From positions 6,036 through 70,035 of the forward strand of contig CBDHEH010000001.1 of assembly GCA_965261995.1 (NCBI GenBank): DNA of 64,000 nt. Reading direction: 5' to 3'. This document shows, in pieces, positions 62,854 through 64,000 of this stretch (the stretch's first letter is position 1; each line of letters starts with the position of its first letter). Below the pieces are notes generated by a model. It worked only from the letters and a program-made list of their open reading frames with translations. It made no database searches and was not told the DNA's origin. The stretch comes from Dehalococcoidia bacterium (GTDB lineage: Bacteria > Chloroflexota > Dehalococcoidia > Lucifugimonadales > Lucifugimonadaceae). The position numbers and the translations under genes were made by a program.

Positions 62854-64000
62854 ATGACGTTGGAAAACACAACCAGTGAAATGCGGCGACGCGCTGCCGA
62901 ACGCGACGCCGAATTTCGACGATTGGAACAAGAGGGGCTCTATCTCAAAAGCCACGAGCACGACGCATGCGGCGTCGGTGTCGTAGCCAATATCGACGGT
63001 CAAGGGTCCCACGACATCATCCAACACGGTTTGGAAGTTCTCCGCAACCTCGGGCATCGCGGCGCTTGCGGTTGTGACCCGGAAACCGGCGACGGCGCAG
63101 GCATCCTCGTGCAAATGCCCCACCAATTCATGGACAAGGTCGCCGCCGAGGCCGGTATACAACTGCCAAAATCGCCCAACTACGCGGTCGCGATGTGCTT
63201 CCTCCCGCAGGACGAAGAACTCCGCGAATTCTGCAAAACAGCGCTCGAAAACAGCGCCCGTGAACACGATGCCCAACCACTGGGATGGCGCGACGTGCCA
63301 GTCGACCCCGACGCCGTTGGTGTCTGGGCCCGCGCCCGCATGCCTCACATCGCGCAGCTCTTCCTGAAAGCACCTGAAGGCATCGGCGAAAATCTACTCG
63401 AACGACGACTTTATGTAATCCGGAAATCTACCGAAAAGGTAATCCGGTCACGCATCGACGAGATCGAAGCACGATCCAGCGGAAATCTTGACGACAAAGA
63501 CGCCGCTGTCGTAAACGCCCTGCTCAACGAGTGGTACATACCGTCCCTCTCCGCCCGGACCATCGTCTACAAGGGCATGTTGATGTCGGAACAGACCGAC
63601 AAGTTCTACATAGACCTAACGGACCCCGATTTCCAGTCCCACTTCGCAATGGTCCACTCGCGATTCAGCACCAACACGCTAGGCTCTTGGAAACTCGCTC
63701 ACCCTTATCGCATGTTGGCGCACAACGGCGAGATCAACACCGTTCGCGGCAACCGCAATTGGATGTCTGCTCGGGAACTCACCCTAGAATCAGACCTCTT
63801 CGGCGACTACATCTCTGACATCCTGCCGATCTGCGAGACGGATGAACCGTCTGACACGGCGTCGCTCGACAACGCCTTCGAAGCGGTGTACATGGGCGGC
63901 CGATCCGTAGCCCACACCGCGGCTATGATGATGCCCGCGGCATGGTACGGCCACGAGTCGATGCCGCAAAACGTCAAAGATTTCTACGAGTACCACGGCG
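62854..64000 (+). CDS. gltB: Glutamate synthase large subunit, N-terminal amidotransferase domain (runs off the right edge)
   Basis: Absent from the track because it is open-ended. ATG 62854 gives ...HEHDACGVGVVANIDGQGSHDIIQHGLEVLRNLGHRGA...HSRFSTNT...LAHNGEINT. Confidence 0.9.
   Translation, partial: MTLENTTSEMRRRAAERDAEFRRLEQEGLYLKSHEHDACGVGVVANIDGQGSHDIIQHGLEVLRNLGHRGACGCDPETGDGAGILVQMPHQFMDKVAAEAGIQLPKSPNYAVAMCFLPQDEELREFCKTALENSAREHDAQPLGWRDVPVDPDAVGVWARARMPHIAQLFLKAPEGIGENLLERRLYVIRKSTEKVIRSRIDEIEARSSGNLDDKDAAVVNALLNEWYIPSLSARTIVYKGMLMSEQTDKFYIDLTDPDFQSHFAMVHSRFSTNTLGSWKLAHPYRMLAHNGEINTVRGNRNWMSARELTLESDLFGDYISDILPICETDEPSDTASLDNAFEAVYMGGRSVAHTAAMMMPAAWYGHESMPQNVKDFYEYHG

Noticed and set aside
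62773-63348. 191-aa minus-strand ORF.
   Set aside because: It is antisense to the open-ended gltB reading frame, which carries the class-II amidotransferase Cys and HSRFSTNT motifs.
1-64000. Mobile elements (transposase, integrase, phage genes), tRNA or rRNA genes.
   Set aside because: Nothing in any frame showed DDE, tyrosine or serine recombinase, or phage structural signatures, and no tRNA T-arm or rRNA-like segments were seen. Absence is by eye only.

Overview
All calls come from reading the ORF-track translations and the DNA by eye; no searches were run, so every family assignment is motif recognition only. The window is a bacterial chromosomal segment that looks moderately GC-rich. Synteny suggests a Chloroflexota-like or other deep-branching lineage; this is inference only. 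The supporting patterns are hrcA-dnaJ-prmA-rsmE, der-plsY-gpsA, a str-S10-spc-alpha-L13/S9 ribosomal superoperon without tuf, a thiolase/DUF35 pair, Pro/Thr-rich envelope proteins, and GC-rich REP-like hairpins.

Layout:
- 1-7 kb, minus strand: metabolic genes (FIST fragment, class-III aminotransferase, VOC, acetamidase, HAD) plus a DNA methyltransferase fused to an Mrr-like nuclease domain.
- 6.7-7.9 kb: an ORF-poor gap full of palindromic repeats and a C-depleted G/T tract.
- 7.9-22.7 kb, mostly plus strand: panB, NIPSNAP, a small accessory islet (T5orf172/GIY-YIG-DUF4268 protein, VapC with an oversized 217-aa partner), a 2-hydroxyacid dehydrogenase, tag, a thiolase separated from its DUF35 partner by a DUF2157-GDYXXLXY membrane module, argF, der, plsY, gpsA (no canonical start codon upstream of its Rossmann motif), and a Doc/Fic toxin with an untracked 57-aa upstream ORF.
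- 22.6-32.9 kb, minus strand: a peptide-type ABC importer without ATPase genes, an AlkP/NPP-family phosphodiesterase, and rsmE-prmA-dnaJ-hrcA.
- 33.0-34.7 kb: a tightly coupled three-gene operon of two divergent DUF488 paralogs plus a 242-aa protein I cannot assign. This is my best candidate for an undescribed system.
- 35.6-38.5 kb: two tandem paralogous Pro/Thr-repeat envelope proteins with a shared C-terminal anchor motif.
- 38.5-60.2 kb, minus strand: 37 translation and housekeeping genes from rpsL to rpsI.
- 60.5-64 kb: a pseudo-receiver OmpR-type regulator followed by glnA and the 5' part of gltB.

I saw no rRNA, tRNA, CRISPR array, transposase or integrase.
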